Positions 48,351-58,159 of a DNA stretch of 64,000 nucleotides are shown here, piece after piece. A program made the translations under genes and the position numbers. The notes below the pieces were generated by a model that saw only the letters and a list, made by a program, of their open reading frames with translations, ran no database searches and was not told the DNA's origin. The stretch comes from an uncultured Solirubrobacterales bacterium (lineage in GTDB: Bacteria > Actinomycetota > Thermoleophilia > Solirubrobacterales > Solirubrobacteraceae): the NCBI GenBank assembly GCA_963773395.1, contig CAVZAY010000001.1, positions 6,491-70,490 on the forward strand, in the 5' to 3' direction. Every line of letters begins with the position of its first letter. Position 1 is the first letter of the stretch.

Positions 48351-51300
48351 TCAGACGCCGAGCGTGACCGCCTCCTCGTAGGAGCACAGCCGCGCGCGAC
48401 CGGGACAGGTCCCGCACCGCTCACGCCCGGGGGCTGCGGTGACGGGGAAAGCAGCGGCTTGCAGCGGGGCGATTCGTGCGGCGAGCTCGTCCTCGAGCTC
48501 GCGCCGGTCGGCTGCGGCGAAGCGCACGCTGACGAGGCGGTCCGGGAGGTGCAGGAAGCAGTGCGCGACCTCCACGCGCTCGGCGCCCGCGTCCAGGCTG
48601 GCCAGCGCGTACACGAGCCGCTGGAGCGAGTAGGCGCGGTCGACGTGGGCATCGAGGTCCGCTCCCGGATCGACCGCATCGGTCTTGTAGTCGACGATCA
48701 GCACGGTGCCGTCCGGCTCGGTGGCGATCGCGTCGAACGTCCCGCGCAGCAGCTCGCCGCCAACCTCCTCGAGGAACGCGAACGGCTCCTCGCGGCGCAC
48801 GGCGTGCGCGGCCGCGAGGCGCGCACACAACGGACTACGCGCGAACGCTCCGGCGAGCCGGGCAGCGTCGCCACCGGCGTCCGCGACGCCGACGCGGGCA
48901 GCCGTCGCAGCAACCGTCGCCGCGTCGGGTTCGCGTGGGTCGGCGAAGTCGAACACTTCGAGCAGAGCGTGCACGAGGATCCCGCGCGCCGTAGCACCCC
49001 CGTGGTCGATACCCGGCGGCGGCGAAACGTCGGGCAGGCCGACGATGCGCTGCAGGTAATAGCGGTACGCGCACCGCTCGTACTCGGCAAGCGCCGTGTA
49101 GGAGAGACGCGGTGGTGGGATGCGCGAGGCGCGCGAAACCGCCTTAGTCGCGATCGCCGGGCGCGCGGGGGCGGAGAGCTGCGGCGTCTGCGATGTGAGC
49201 GCGGAGGCCGTCGCGAGCGTGAGGCGAACGCCATCGACGAGCTCGCCCTCGCATTCGCCGATCACAGCGCGGGCGGCGACATCAGCGACGAGACCCGGTC
49301 CAAGCCAGCCGATCGGGCACAGCGTCGACGCCGGCCAGGAAGCGAAGCGCGCCGCCCCGCTGAGGATCAGGCGCTCGCGGGCGCGCGTCATCGCGACATA
49401 GAAGATCCGTTGTTCTTCGGCGCTGGCCACGGCGCGCTGCTCCGCAGCCAGCTCCGGGTAGGCGAGCGCCTCGACGCTCGCGCGCTCGATCGTCGGCAGC
49501 CGGATTCCGACGCGTGCTCCGTCGGTCAAAAGGCGCGGCAGCTCGGTGTTCGGCCGATGGCCGAGGTCGGCGAGGCAGACGACGGGGAACTCGAGGCCTT
49601 TTGCGGCGTGCACCGTCATCAACCGAATCGCGCCGCCGAGCGGCGGCGGCGCCTCGGACTCGTGCAGGCTGCCCAGGCGCCGGGCCGCGAGCGCATCGGC
49701 GAAGCGCCGCAGGTCGCGCCCGTGACGGCGCTCGAACTCGCGCGCGAGGCGCACAAGCTTGCGCGCGTTCGCGACTCGCCGCTCCGCCGCCGTCAGCTGG
49801 CAGAGGTAGCGCTCGTAGCCGCCTGCGTCGAGAACCTGCGCGACCAGATCGCCGAGCCCGAGGTAGCGCGCGGCGGCGCCGCAGCTGCGCGAATCGCTGC
49901 GCGAAGTCGCGCAGCTGCGGGATCGGATGCGAGCGCCTCCCAGGGCGTGATCTCCTGCTCGCGTGCGCGGCGCGCGAGCTCGACCAGCGCGTCCGAATCG
50001 GCGCCACCGAGCGGCGATGCGAGGGCACCGTAGAGAGCGAGCTCGTCGAGCGGGTTCGCGAGGGCGGCGATGAATGCGGTCAGGTCGACGATCTCCGGTC
50101 GCTCGTAGAAGCCGGCGCCCGCGCGGGGTCAGCGTCGCGTGCCCGCGCGCCGCCAGCTCGTTCTCGTAGATGCGGATATCGGTCGCGGACCGAAGCAGGA
50201 CCGCGATGTCCGCGGGCACGGCAGAGCCTGTCTCGATCAGCTCGCTCAGGCGAGCCGCAAGCAGTCGCGCCTCGGCCGTGCGCGCAAGAGCCGGCCTGGG
50301 TGCGCAGTGGGTGCCGAGCAGCTCGGCATGCTCTTGCCAGCCCTCCGTATCGACCACGAGGAGCTCGATCGGCGGGCCGCCGGGCGCGTCCGCGCGTCCG
50401 GGGCAGCAGGGGCACGAACTCCTCGCCGAAGCACGGGGCGAAGACGCGGTTGACGGCTTCGAGGATCGCAGCGCGCGAGCGGTAGTTGGCCGAGAGGACG
50501 CCGCGCACGGCCGCGTTGCGCGAGCGTAGCTTGGCGCTCGCGAAAGCTCTCGACGGACGCGTGCCGGAACGCATAGATCGACTGGAACGCGTCGCCGACC
50601 GTGAAGAGGTTGTCCCGGTCGAGCGCGGCGGAGGATCCCCATCTGGCGCGGGTTCGTGTCCTGGAGCTCATCGACCATCAGCAGATCGAAGCGCTCCCGC
50701 GTTGCCGCGGCGATCTCCGGATGCTCGCGTAGCAGCTTTGCCGCCGCGAGCTCCAGGTCGTCGAAGTCGGCACCGCCGCGGGTTTGCTTGAGCAGGCTGA
50801 AGCGCCGCGTGAACTCCGCCAGCAGCTCGTCGAGGAGGGGAATCGCAGCCGCCGCGAGGTCATCCGCGAGCGCCTTGGCGAGGGCCTCGCGTGCTGCGTC
50901 GTAGGCGTCGGCCTCCGCGCAGTCGAACGCATTGCCGCGGCGCGTCAGCTTGAGCTCAGCGACCGCGAGCGGGCTGGCGCAGCCCGAACGCAGGACCTCG
51001 TCGCAGCGCTCGAGGCGGTCCAGTGCAGCCCGCACGGTGGCGGTCATCGCCGCCTGCGAGAGCGCATGCTGGAGCGCTGTACAGGCGCTCGCCAGGCGCG
51101 CGCACGCAGCGGCGAGGTGCGCTCGGCGGCGGCGGATCGGGGAGCCGCGGCGCATCCTCGCCGCGGCTGCGACGCTCGTCGAAGACTGCGAGCAGCGCGC
51201 GCCGCAGCTCGTCAACGCCGAAGGTGGCAGCGAGGTCGAGCGCCTGCGGTCGTTGCTGCCAGACTTGCGAGCGCCTGCCGGAAGGCTTGCTCGCGCAGGC

Positions 51301-51717
51301 CGGCGGCCTCGGCGTCGTCGAGCACGACGAACTCCGGCGGGACGCCCGCAAGCAACGGGTGGGCGCGCAGGAGTCGCAGCGCAGAAGCGCATGGAAGGTC
51401 GAGATCGGCGCTGCGGCAGTCTCGTGCGCGGCCGCGCGCTGGCCGGCGTCGAGCAGTGCCTGGCGCACGCGGCTGCGCAGCTCCCCCGCGGCGCGATCGG
51501 TGAATGTGATCGCAAGGATCCTGCCCGGTCGGACGCCGTCCTCGCAGACGGCACGCACGAAGCGCTCGACGAGCACGCTCGTCTTGCCGCTGCCCGCGTT
51601 CGCAGCCAGCGCGAGCGAGCCCTGCCGGTCGCCGATCGCGGCGAGCTGCTCGTCGCTCAGCACGCGCGTCGCCGCGCCGTCAAGGTCGAAGAGCCTCGGT
51701 TGCCCGATCGCGCTCAC
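48351..51717 (-). pseudogene. addA: AddA/AdnB-like UvrD-family helicase-RecB-type nuclease subunit, about ten frame breaks
   Basis: GTG 51717 overlaps the upstream TGA. Helicase part: LSDEQLAAIGDRQGSLALAANAGSGKTSVLVERF...ILAITFTDRAAGEL...ISTFHAFCA...LLMVDELQDTNPRQ...FTVGDAFQSIYAFRHA...SANYRSR...VHAAKGLEFPVV...FYVAMTRARERLILSG. Nuclease part: LSYTALAEYERCAYRYY...GTFDAIATEPDGTVLIVDYKTD...QRLVYALA...CGTCPGRARLC. Breaks are near 51387, 51374, 51241, 51123, 50630, 50510, 50400, 50120, 49921 and 49878. The last 1.5 kb is unbroken. Confidence 0.8.
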
Positions 51718-54502
51718 GCCGCACCGACCCGGCAGATCGCAGGGTAGCTGCAGCCGTCGCGACCGCAGCTTGCGGGGCGCGGCGCGAGCTCACCCCGATC
51801 GATCTCGGCCGCGATCGTCACCGCGCAGGCGAGCCGCTCCTCGAGAACGGCGCGCACCGCGGGAGCCTCGAGCTTGTCAGGTGCGCGAGGGGTTCCGCCT
51901 CGGGGACGTCGTCGCGGATCAGGCCCCGCGCACGGAGCTCGGCGCGCAACGGCTGGTAGAGGCCGCCGACCGCTTCGACCCCGAGCAGACGCTCGACAGC
52001 GAGCATGTAGAGCGCTGCCTGGAGCCGGTGGTCACCGGGCCAGGATCCCGCGCCGGCGACCGAGCTGCCGCTCTTGTAGTCGAGGACGATCGCGGTGCCG
52101 GCGCGAGCGTCAACGTCGACCCGGTCGATGCGCCCGCACAGCGCCAGGTCCGGGTCGCAGCTCGACCGCCTCGTGCGGCGCATCATCGACACCGAATGCG
52201 AGCTCGAGAGCCGCCGGCACGTGCTCGCCCGCCAGCGCAGCGGCGTAATCGAGGTAACGGGCGAGCTCCGCGCGCAGGCGCCGGCGCTCGGCGCGGTCCA
52301 TCGCGTCATCTGGCGAGAGCTCTCGAACCCGGTCGTCGATCGCCGTGTCCAGGAGCTCGAGCGCGCGCGGCAGGTCTTCCGCGCCCAGACGCCGCTCCTT
52401 CGAGGCCCGCGAAGACCGTCGCCAGCACGCGGTGAGCCTCGTTGCCGCGCGTGAGCCAGATCGAATCCGGCGAGAGCTCACTGGGACGCAGGCCGTGCTC
52501 GACGAGCCAGGCAACAGGACAGCGCGCCCATCGCTCGAGGCCCGATGCCGAGTGTGCGCGGCGCGCGCGAAGCGTGCCAGGCGCTGCGGATCCGCGAGCG
52601 GTGTCAGCGCGCCGGCGCGCCGGCGCGGCGCGCCCAGCAGGACGCTTCGCTCGTCGCCTGGCCAGCCGAGCGCGCCCGCCGGGCGCGTGCGCCGTTCGTC
52701 GAAGAGGGCCGGCGCAAAGCAGTCGCACAGCTCGTCGACAAACAGCGAGCGCGGCGTGAGGTCCCCCGCATCGTTTGCCTCGTGCCAGCTGACATACAGC
52801 CGGGCGGTCGGCCGCGAACAGAGCGCGTAGAAGAGGTAGCGCTCGGCGGCGAGCTGGTCGGTCGCTTCGCCGAAGGGCAGGCCGATCTGCGCGCGCTCGA
52901 CGGCGCCAAGGAAATTCTCCTCCCGCTGCCACGCAGGGAAGACGCCTTCCTGCGCGCCGTAGACGAACAGCGCGCGGACACGGCGCGCGCGCAGCGATAG
53001 CGGGTCGCAGATTGCGACGCCGGCGTCGCCATGGGGCAGCTGTACGGTCACCGCATCGAGCGCGGCGGCAACGCCGGCGAGCCCGCCGACTGCCCGAGGG
53101 TCGCTGCGCTCGAGCTCGCGCAGCTCGGCTAGCACGCGCCTCGCTGCCGCTGCCGCCGCGCCCTCCCATGGATCGAGCAGGGCCGCGCTTCGCTCTGCTC
53201 CGGCCGCGAGCAGGCGATCCAGCTCGGCCTCGACGGCGTCGATGCTGTCGGGCAGCCGGAGCGCTCCATGTCGCGCTCCCACATCGCGCGCGCTGACGCA
53301 GGTCGGTTATGCCGCGGCGGCGCAGCTGCGCCTCGAATGCGTCCTTCGTGCGCGCGAGATGACCGTGGCTGGCCGCGCAGATGACAAGGTCGTCGGCCTC
53401 GCCCTCGCTCGAGCGACGCGCAGGCAGGCGAGCAGCGTGCGACCCGTGACGCTCGCAGCCAGCCGATCGCGGCGGTCGAGCGAGTAGGGGACCGCTGCGG
53501 CGTCGAGCGCGTCGGCGAGGAGGTCTGCCGCCGGGAGTGCGCACAACGATCGCGATGTCCGCCGGCTCGTAGCCTGATGCAACGAGACCGGCCACCGCTT
53601 CGGCGACCAGCTCGGCCTCGGCGCGCTCGTCGCCGCCCTCCAGCAGGCGCACGGCATCGCCGGGCAGAGCCGGACGCGCGTCCTCGAACAGCGCGCGCTC
53701 GAGATGGTGGAGCGTCTGGTCCTCGTAGTAGTCGGAGCTCGGTGGGAGCTCGATCGTCTCCGCAGCAAGCGGCCGGAGCGCCTCGAGCGTGGCGGCGCGA
53801 CCGGCGAGCGCCCTGCGCCCGGCCTCCCCGGGGAGGGATAGCGTGACCGGCGCATCGACGCGACTTGCGAGCGTCTCGATCACCGCCAGCTGGAGTGGGT
53901 CGAGATCGTCGAAGCCGTAACAGAAGACGGCCGTGGCGCGCCAGCGCTCGGGAGCGAGCGTGATCGCGTCCAGGGCGGCACGCTCATGCAGCTCTCGGTC
54001 GAGCCGGCCGAGTCGCTCGAGGCGCGCACGATATGCCGAGTTGAGCGCGATGAGCTCGTCAGCGTACGGACGGCGGCCACCGCTCCCCGCCCAGGTGCGC
54101 ATCGCCGCTGCGAAGCGCGCCGGCTCGATCCGGCGTGCAGCGAGCTCGCCAAGGAAGCGCCCTAGGGTTGGGGCAAAGGCGGGTGACCGTGCTGCCGGGG
54201 CGAGGGCACGAAGGCGCGTCTGCGCGACAGCGGAGCGCGCGAGCGCGAGGCGCGCGTGCTCGCCGAGCGGGCGGTCGACGCAGGCCGGCGCGGCTTGCGA
54301 TCTCGCGGATCAGGCCGCTGAACGCTTCGACACGCGCGCCGACAGTCGCGCCGGTCTGGGCGAGCTCGCGGCGGTAGTGCTCGGCGTCGACAGAGCGTGG
54401 GACGACGAGGATCGGCTCGCGCGCCAACGCCGCGCGGTAGCGCTCGAGGACCACATGTGCTTTCGCGGCGTTCGCCGGGCCCGTGACGAGGGTGAGGGGC
54501 AT
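51714..54502 (-). pseudogene. addB: AddB/AdnA-like nuclease subunit with degenerate Walker A, about nine frame breaks
   Basis: N-terminal part: MPLTLVTGPANAAKAHVVLERYRAALAREPILVVPRS... Middle part: ...AVFCYGFDDLDPLQLAVIETLA...GYEPADIAIVVRTP...VAICDPLSLRARRVRALFVYGAQEGVFP...ERYLFYALCSRPTARLYVSW. Nuclease part: ...SASGLERWARCPVAWLVEHGL...LCGRIDRVDVDARAGTAIVLDYKSG...LQAALYMLAV...SCGRDGCSYPAIC. Breaks are near 54279, 53530, 53418, 53405, 53285, 52560, 52400, 52165 and 51870. Confidence 0.75.
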
Positions 54503-54609
54503 GGGCAGTCCATGGTGGCGGACCGCCCGGTCAGGAGGCGCGCCGGCTTCGAATCGCTTCAGAATGATCCGGGCCGCCCGGGACGCACCCTGATTTCTGA
54601 ACGCGGTTC

Positions 54610-56859
54610 TTAGGCCGCCTGTTCCTCGGCGTCCTCGCCCGCCGCGCTCGCCGGAGGCGGAATCGTCTCCTGGTCAGGCGGACGGGCGCCTTCGCGCGCC
54701 CACGGCTCGTCGAACTCGACACGCCAGCGGCCCTCCTCGTTCTGCATCAGCGCGAGGCGCGCGCGGAACGAGCGGCCGGTGCGCCCGCGAAAGCCCGTGA
54801 CGGGGCGCTCGGTGCGGCCGTTGGAGATCAGCTCGCGGGCGACCGCGAGCGGGAGGGTCTTGCCGGCCTTCGCCTTCCAGATCACGAAGCCGCAGCCGGG
54901 ATCATCGCGCGACCAGCACGAGTAGCCCTTGCGGTTCTCGAGAATGTCATGCCCGCACACGGGGCACGGTCCGAGGTTCGCACGCGGGATGCGCACGTCC
55001 TTGAGCGTCTCGTCGAGGACCTCAACCGTCTCCTTGGCGAAGTCCGCGATGTCGCGCATGAACTGCTCGCGCGAGTCCTCGCCGCGCTCGATGCGCCCGA
55101 GGCGATGCTCCCACGTGCCCGTCAGGTCGGGCGAGGTCAGCGCGTGCTCGCCGAGCAGGCGAATCACATTGAGGCCCTTCTCGGTGACGACGAGCGAGCG
55201 CCCGTCACGCTCGACGTAGCCGACGTCGATCAGCCGCTCGATGATTGCCGCGCGCGTGGCCGGCGTGCCGATGCCGGAGTCCTTCATCGCCTCGCGCAAA
55301 GCTTCGTCGTCGACGAGCTTGCCGGCGGTTTCCATCGCCGCCAGCAGCGAGGCGTCGCTGTAGCGGCGCGGCGGTTTCGTCTCTTTCGCGACCGACGCGA
55401 TCTCGAGCACCTGCGCGGGCTCGCCTTCTGACAGGCGCGGCAGCTGCTGCTCGTGCGTCTCGTCCTCGTCTGATTGCTCGGCCTGCTGCGCGTCGGACCC
55501 GTCGGCGAGATACACGCCGCGCCAGCCCGGAACGAGCAGGACCTTGCCGCGAGTCCGGAAGACATGGCCTGCGACCAGCGTCTCGACGCGTGTGTTCTCG
55601 AGCAGTGCGTCCGGATGGAAGGCGGCGAGAAAGCGGCGAACGACGAGGTCATAGACGCGAAGGTCGTCATCGCCCATCTTCTCCACAGGGTGCTCGGCGC
55701 GCGTCGGGATGATCGCATGGTGATCTGTGACCTTGGCGTCGTCGACGACCCGGCCGAGCGGCAGGACATCGAGCGAGGTGACGTAGTCGGCTGCCTTGCG
55801 GTACTCGGCGCGCGCGCCAAGCAACTCAGCGGTCGGGACGATCTCGGGTGCCATGTCGCTCGTCAGATAGCGGGAGCTCGTGCGCGGGTAGGTGAGCGCC
55901 TTGTGCTCTTCGTAGAGGCGCTGGGCCGCAGCGAGGGTGCGCCGGGCAGAGAAGCCGAAGCGCGTGTTCGCGTCGCGCTGGAGCGAAGTGAGGTCATAGA
56001 GCATCGGCGGCTTGTCGACCTGCTCGCGCTTCTCGAGCTTCGTGATCGCCCCCGTCTGGTCGCGACATGCTTCAACGATCGCCAGCGCCTCCGCCTCAGT
56101 TGCGAGGCGGGGCTTCGCACCCGCGTGGAAGCGACCCTCGTAGCGGCGGTCGCTGTCCGCGGACGGTTCGAAGGCGGCGTCGACGAGCCAGTAGGGCTCG
56201 GGCTTGAAGGCGCGGACCTCCTCCTCACGCCGCGCGAGGATCGCGAGCGTCGGCGTCTGCACGCGGCCGAGCGAGACGGCGCCGTCGAACGAAGAACGCA
56301 AACGGATCGTCGCGGCGCGCGTCGCGTTCATGCCGACGATCCAGTCGGCCTCGGAGCGAGAGCGCGCTGCCTGCTCGAGCGATTGCAACTCGGCGGCCGG
56401 GCGCAAGCCGGCGAAGGCGTCGCGCATCGCCTGCGGCGTCATTGAGGAGAGCCAGAGCCGGCGCACCGGCAGCGTTGAGCCGGCTTTCTCGTAGAGGTAG
56501 GCGAAGATCAGCTCACCCTCGCGCCCGGCGTCGCAGGCGTTGATGACCTCCGTGAAGTCACCGCGATGCAGAAGCTTCGTCACGACTGACATCTGCTTCT
56601 TCGAGCGTTCGTCGCGGACGACGAGGCGAAAGCGATCGGGAACGATCGGCAGATCGGCCATCCGCCATTTCTTGAACTTGGGGTCGTACTCGTCCGGCTC
56701 CGCGAGCTGGACGAGATGGCCGACGGCCCAGCTGATCACGTGCTCGGGGCCCTCGAGGTAGCCCTCCTGCTTCGCGAATGGTCCAGGCAGAACGCGAGCG
56801 AGGTCGCGACCCACGGAGGGCTTCTCGGCGATCACAAGTGTCTTGGTCGGTTCGGTCAT
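54610..56859 (-). CDS. topB: DNA topoisomerase III (type IA)
   Basis: ATG 56859 within ORF 54610..56922: MTEPTKTLVIAEKPSVGRDLARVL...NACDAGREGELIFAYL...EHKALTYPRTSSRYL (active-site Tyr). C-terminal zinc ribbon CPVCGHDILENRKGYSCWSRDDPGCGFVIWK. 749 aa, uninterrupted. Confidence 0.85.
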   Translation of the reverse strand: MTEPTKTLVIAEKPSVGRDLARVLPGPFAKQEGYLEGPEHVISWAVGHLVQLAEPDEYDPKFKKWRMADLPIVPDRFRLVVRDERSKKQMSVVTKLLHRGDFTEVINACDAGREGELIFAYLYEKAGSTLPVRRLWLSSMTPQAMRDAFAGLRPAAELQSLEQAARSRSEADWIVGMNATRAATIRLRSSFDGAVSLGRVQTPTLAILARREEEVRAFKPEPYWLVDAAFEPSADSDRRYEGRFHAGAKPRLATEAEALAIVEACRDQTGAITKLEKREQVDKPPMLYDLTSLQRDANTRFGFSARRTLAAAQRLYEEHKALTYPRTSSRYLTSDMAPEIVPTAELLGARAEYRKAADYVTSLDVLPLGRVVDDAKVTDHHAIIPTRAEHPVEKMGDDDLRVYDLVVRRFLAAFHPDALLENTRVETLVAGHVFRTRGKVLLVPGWRGVYLADGSDAQQAEQSDEDETHEQQLPRLSEGEPAQVLEIASVAKETKPPRRYSDASLLAAMETAGKLVDDEALREAMKDSGIGTPATRAAIIERLIDVGYVERDGRSLVVTEKGLNVIRLLGEHALTSPDLTGTWEHRLGRIERGEDSREQFMRDIADFAKETVEVLDETLKDVRIPRANLGPCPVCGHDILENRKGYSCWSRDDPGCGFVIWKAKAGKTLPLAVARELISNGRTERPVTGFRGRTGRSFRARLALMQNEEGRWRVEFDEPWAREGARPPDQETIPPPASAAGEDAEEQAA

Positions 56860-56909
56860 TGCGAGTGGCAGGGTAGCGAGCCGCGCGTCGGTAGCCACAA
56901 ACGGGCCGA

Positions 56910-58058
56910 TCAGGCCGCACATCCGTCCGTCGAGACGGGCCCGCGGGCGCGAGCCAGCTCGTGGCGTATGACCCCGTTCGCGACCCCGTAGCCGCCCGCT
57001 GGGCCAGGGCTCGTGGTTGCGGCGAAAACCGTCGTCAGAACCCGACCCGCGCGATCGACCGTCGGCCCGCCCGAGTTCCCCGGACGCACGAGTCCGCGTA
57101 GCGGCGTCAGGACGCGCACGACCGGCCCGCGCCCGTAGGCGTCGTTTGTCTCGATCGCCTGTGTGTGCCCGATCCGGCCGGGTTCAGCGACGAACGGCCC
57201 GTCCTCGGGGTAGCCGAGGATCGCTCCAGTCGTCTGCGCGCGCGGCGAGCGCGCGAGCACGAGCGGCGGTAAATCAAGGCCGGGGACGCGCAGTAGGGCG
57301 ATGTCGTTGCGGGAATCGAACAGGACGACGGTTGCGCGCCGCCCCGGCGCCACGCCGTCAACCTGCACTCTCGTGTCCGATTCGCCGGCAACGACATGGG
57401 CGTTCGTCACGATCTCGTTGTTGGCGACAACCCACCCCGAGCCCTCGATCCCGATGCCGCACGCCGTGCCGACGACACGCACGACGCTGCGATCGGCTGC
57501 GAGGACAGCGGGCGCGCGGAGAATCGCTGCGCTGGGCGGGCTGACCGCGAGCGTTGGCCCGGAGATCGAGGGGAGTGGATCGATGCGAGCGATGAAGTTG
57601 AGCAGCGCGCCCGAGGGGAGAAGCTCGTCGAGCCTGCGGATGATCGTGGAGCGCTCGACCGGTCCGCGCAGCCCGCTCACGCCGGGGAGCGTGAGCGCGA
57701 CCGTCCCGGCGACCCAGGCGAGCCCGAGCGCGAGCGCTGCGCCGAAGACGGCGCCACCGATTCCGTCGAGCAGACGCAGCACCGGCACCGCCAGCATCGA
57801 GCGGCGCAGTGCGATGCCGATCGTCTCGAGGCCGGTGGCGAGGATGCCGCCCGCGAGCAGGGCCCCGAACAGTGCGAAGGCCGGCGTGTACGGCGAGCTT
57901 GCGCCGCCGCTGAGGACCGCGCCGGCGATCCGCGTGCCGATCAGCGCGCCGGCGAGAAAGCCGACGAGGGACAGGATCGCGACGATCAACCCGCGAAGGA
58001 AGCCCGAGAGCGCCAGCAGCACCGTCGCGACGAGGATCAGCCAGTCCAACCCGGTCAA
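56910..58058 (-). CDS. marP: MarP-family membrane serine protease (CvpA-like TM domain plus trypsin-like domain)
   Basis: ORF 56910..58058, 382 aa. Four N-terminal TM helices (MTGLDWLILVATVLLALSGFLRG...), then IVTNAHVVAG (His), NDIALLRV (Asp), RPGNSGGP (Ser). TTG start. Confidence 0.85.
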   Translation of the reverse strand: MTGLDWLILVATVLLALSGFLRGLIVAILSLVGFLAGALIGTRIAGAVLSGGASSPYTPAFALFGALLAGGILATGLETIGIALRRSMLAVPVLRLLDGIGGAVFGAALALGLAWVAGTVALTLPGVSGLRGPVERSTIIRRLDELLPSGALLNFIARIDPLPSISGPTLAVSPPSAAILRAPAVLAADRSVVRVVGTACGIGIEGSGWVVANNEIVTNAHVVAGESDTRVQVDGVAPGRRATVVLFDSRNDIALLRVPGLDLPPLVLARSPRAQTTGAILGYPEDGPFVAEPGRIGHTQAIETNDAYGRGPVVRVLTPLRGLVRPGNSGGPTVDRAGRVLTTVFAATTSPGPAGGYGVANGVIRHELARARGPVSTDGCAA

Positions 58059-58159
58059 CCCGGGCCCCCCGAGACCTGCCGTCGCGGCGGCGCACGGATA
58101 ATGCTGGCGATCAAGCGATCAGGGATGCGACTCGATAGGTCTCGCAAGCAAGGTGCGAC

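Noticed and set aside
51050-51554. N-terminal ~170 aa of the 1067-aa ORF 48351..51554
   Set aside because: Out-of-frame reading of the addA-like helicase N-terminus (Arg/Ser/Ala-rich). The real N-terminus, with the GSGKT Walker A, is in ORF 50956..51717 and two other frames.
14012-54279. Programmed ribosomal frameshifting or other recoding as an explanation for the frame breaks
   Set aside because: There are about 57 sites with no shared slippery heptamer or downstream structure. They go in both directions, up to ten per gene, and fall in genes never known to be recoded. Technical error or decay is far more parsimonious.
14012-54279. Genuine reductive-evolution pseudogenes (M. leprae-like decay)
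   Set aside because: Not excluded, but disfavoured. I saw no nonsense codon in any repaired frame. The conserved motifs are intact and the operon overlaps are preserved. The affected genes include murI, guaA and sufBCD. Natural decay should show substitutions, stops and larger deletions as well.
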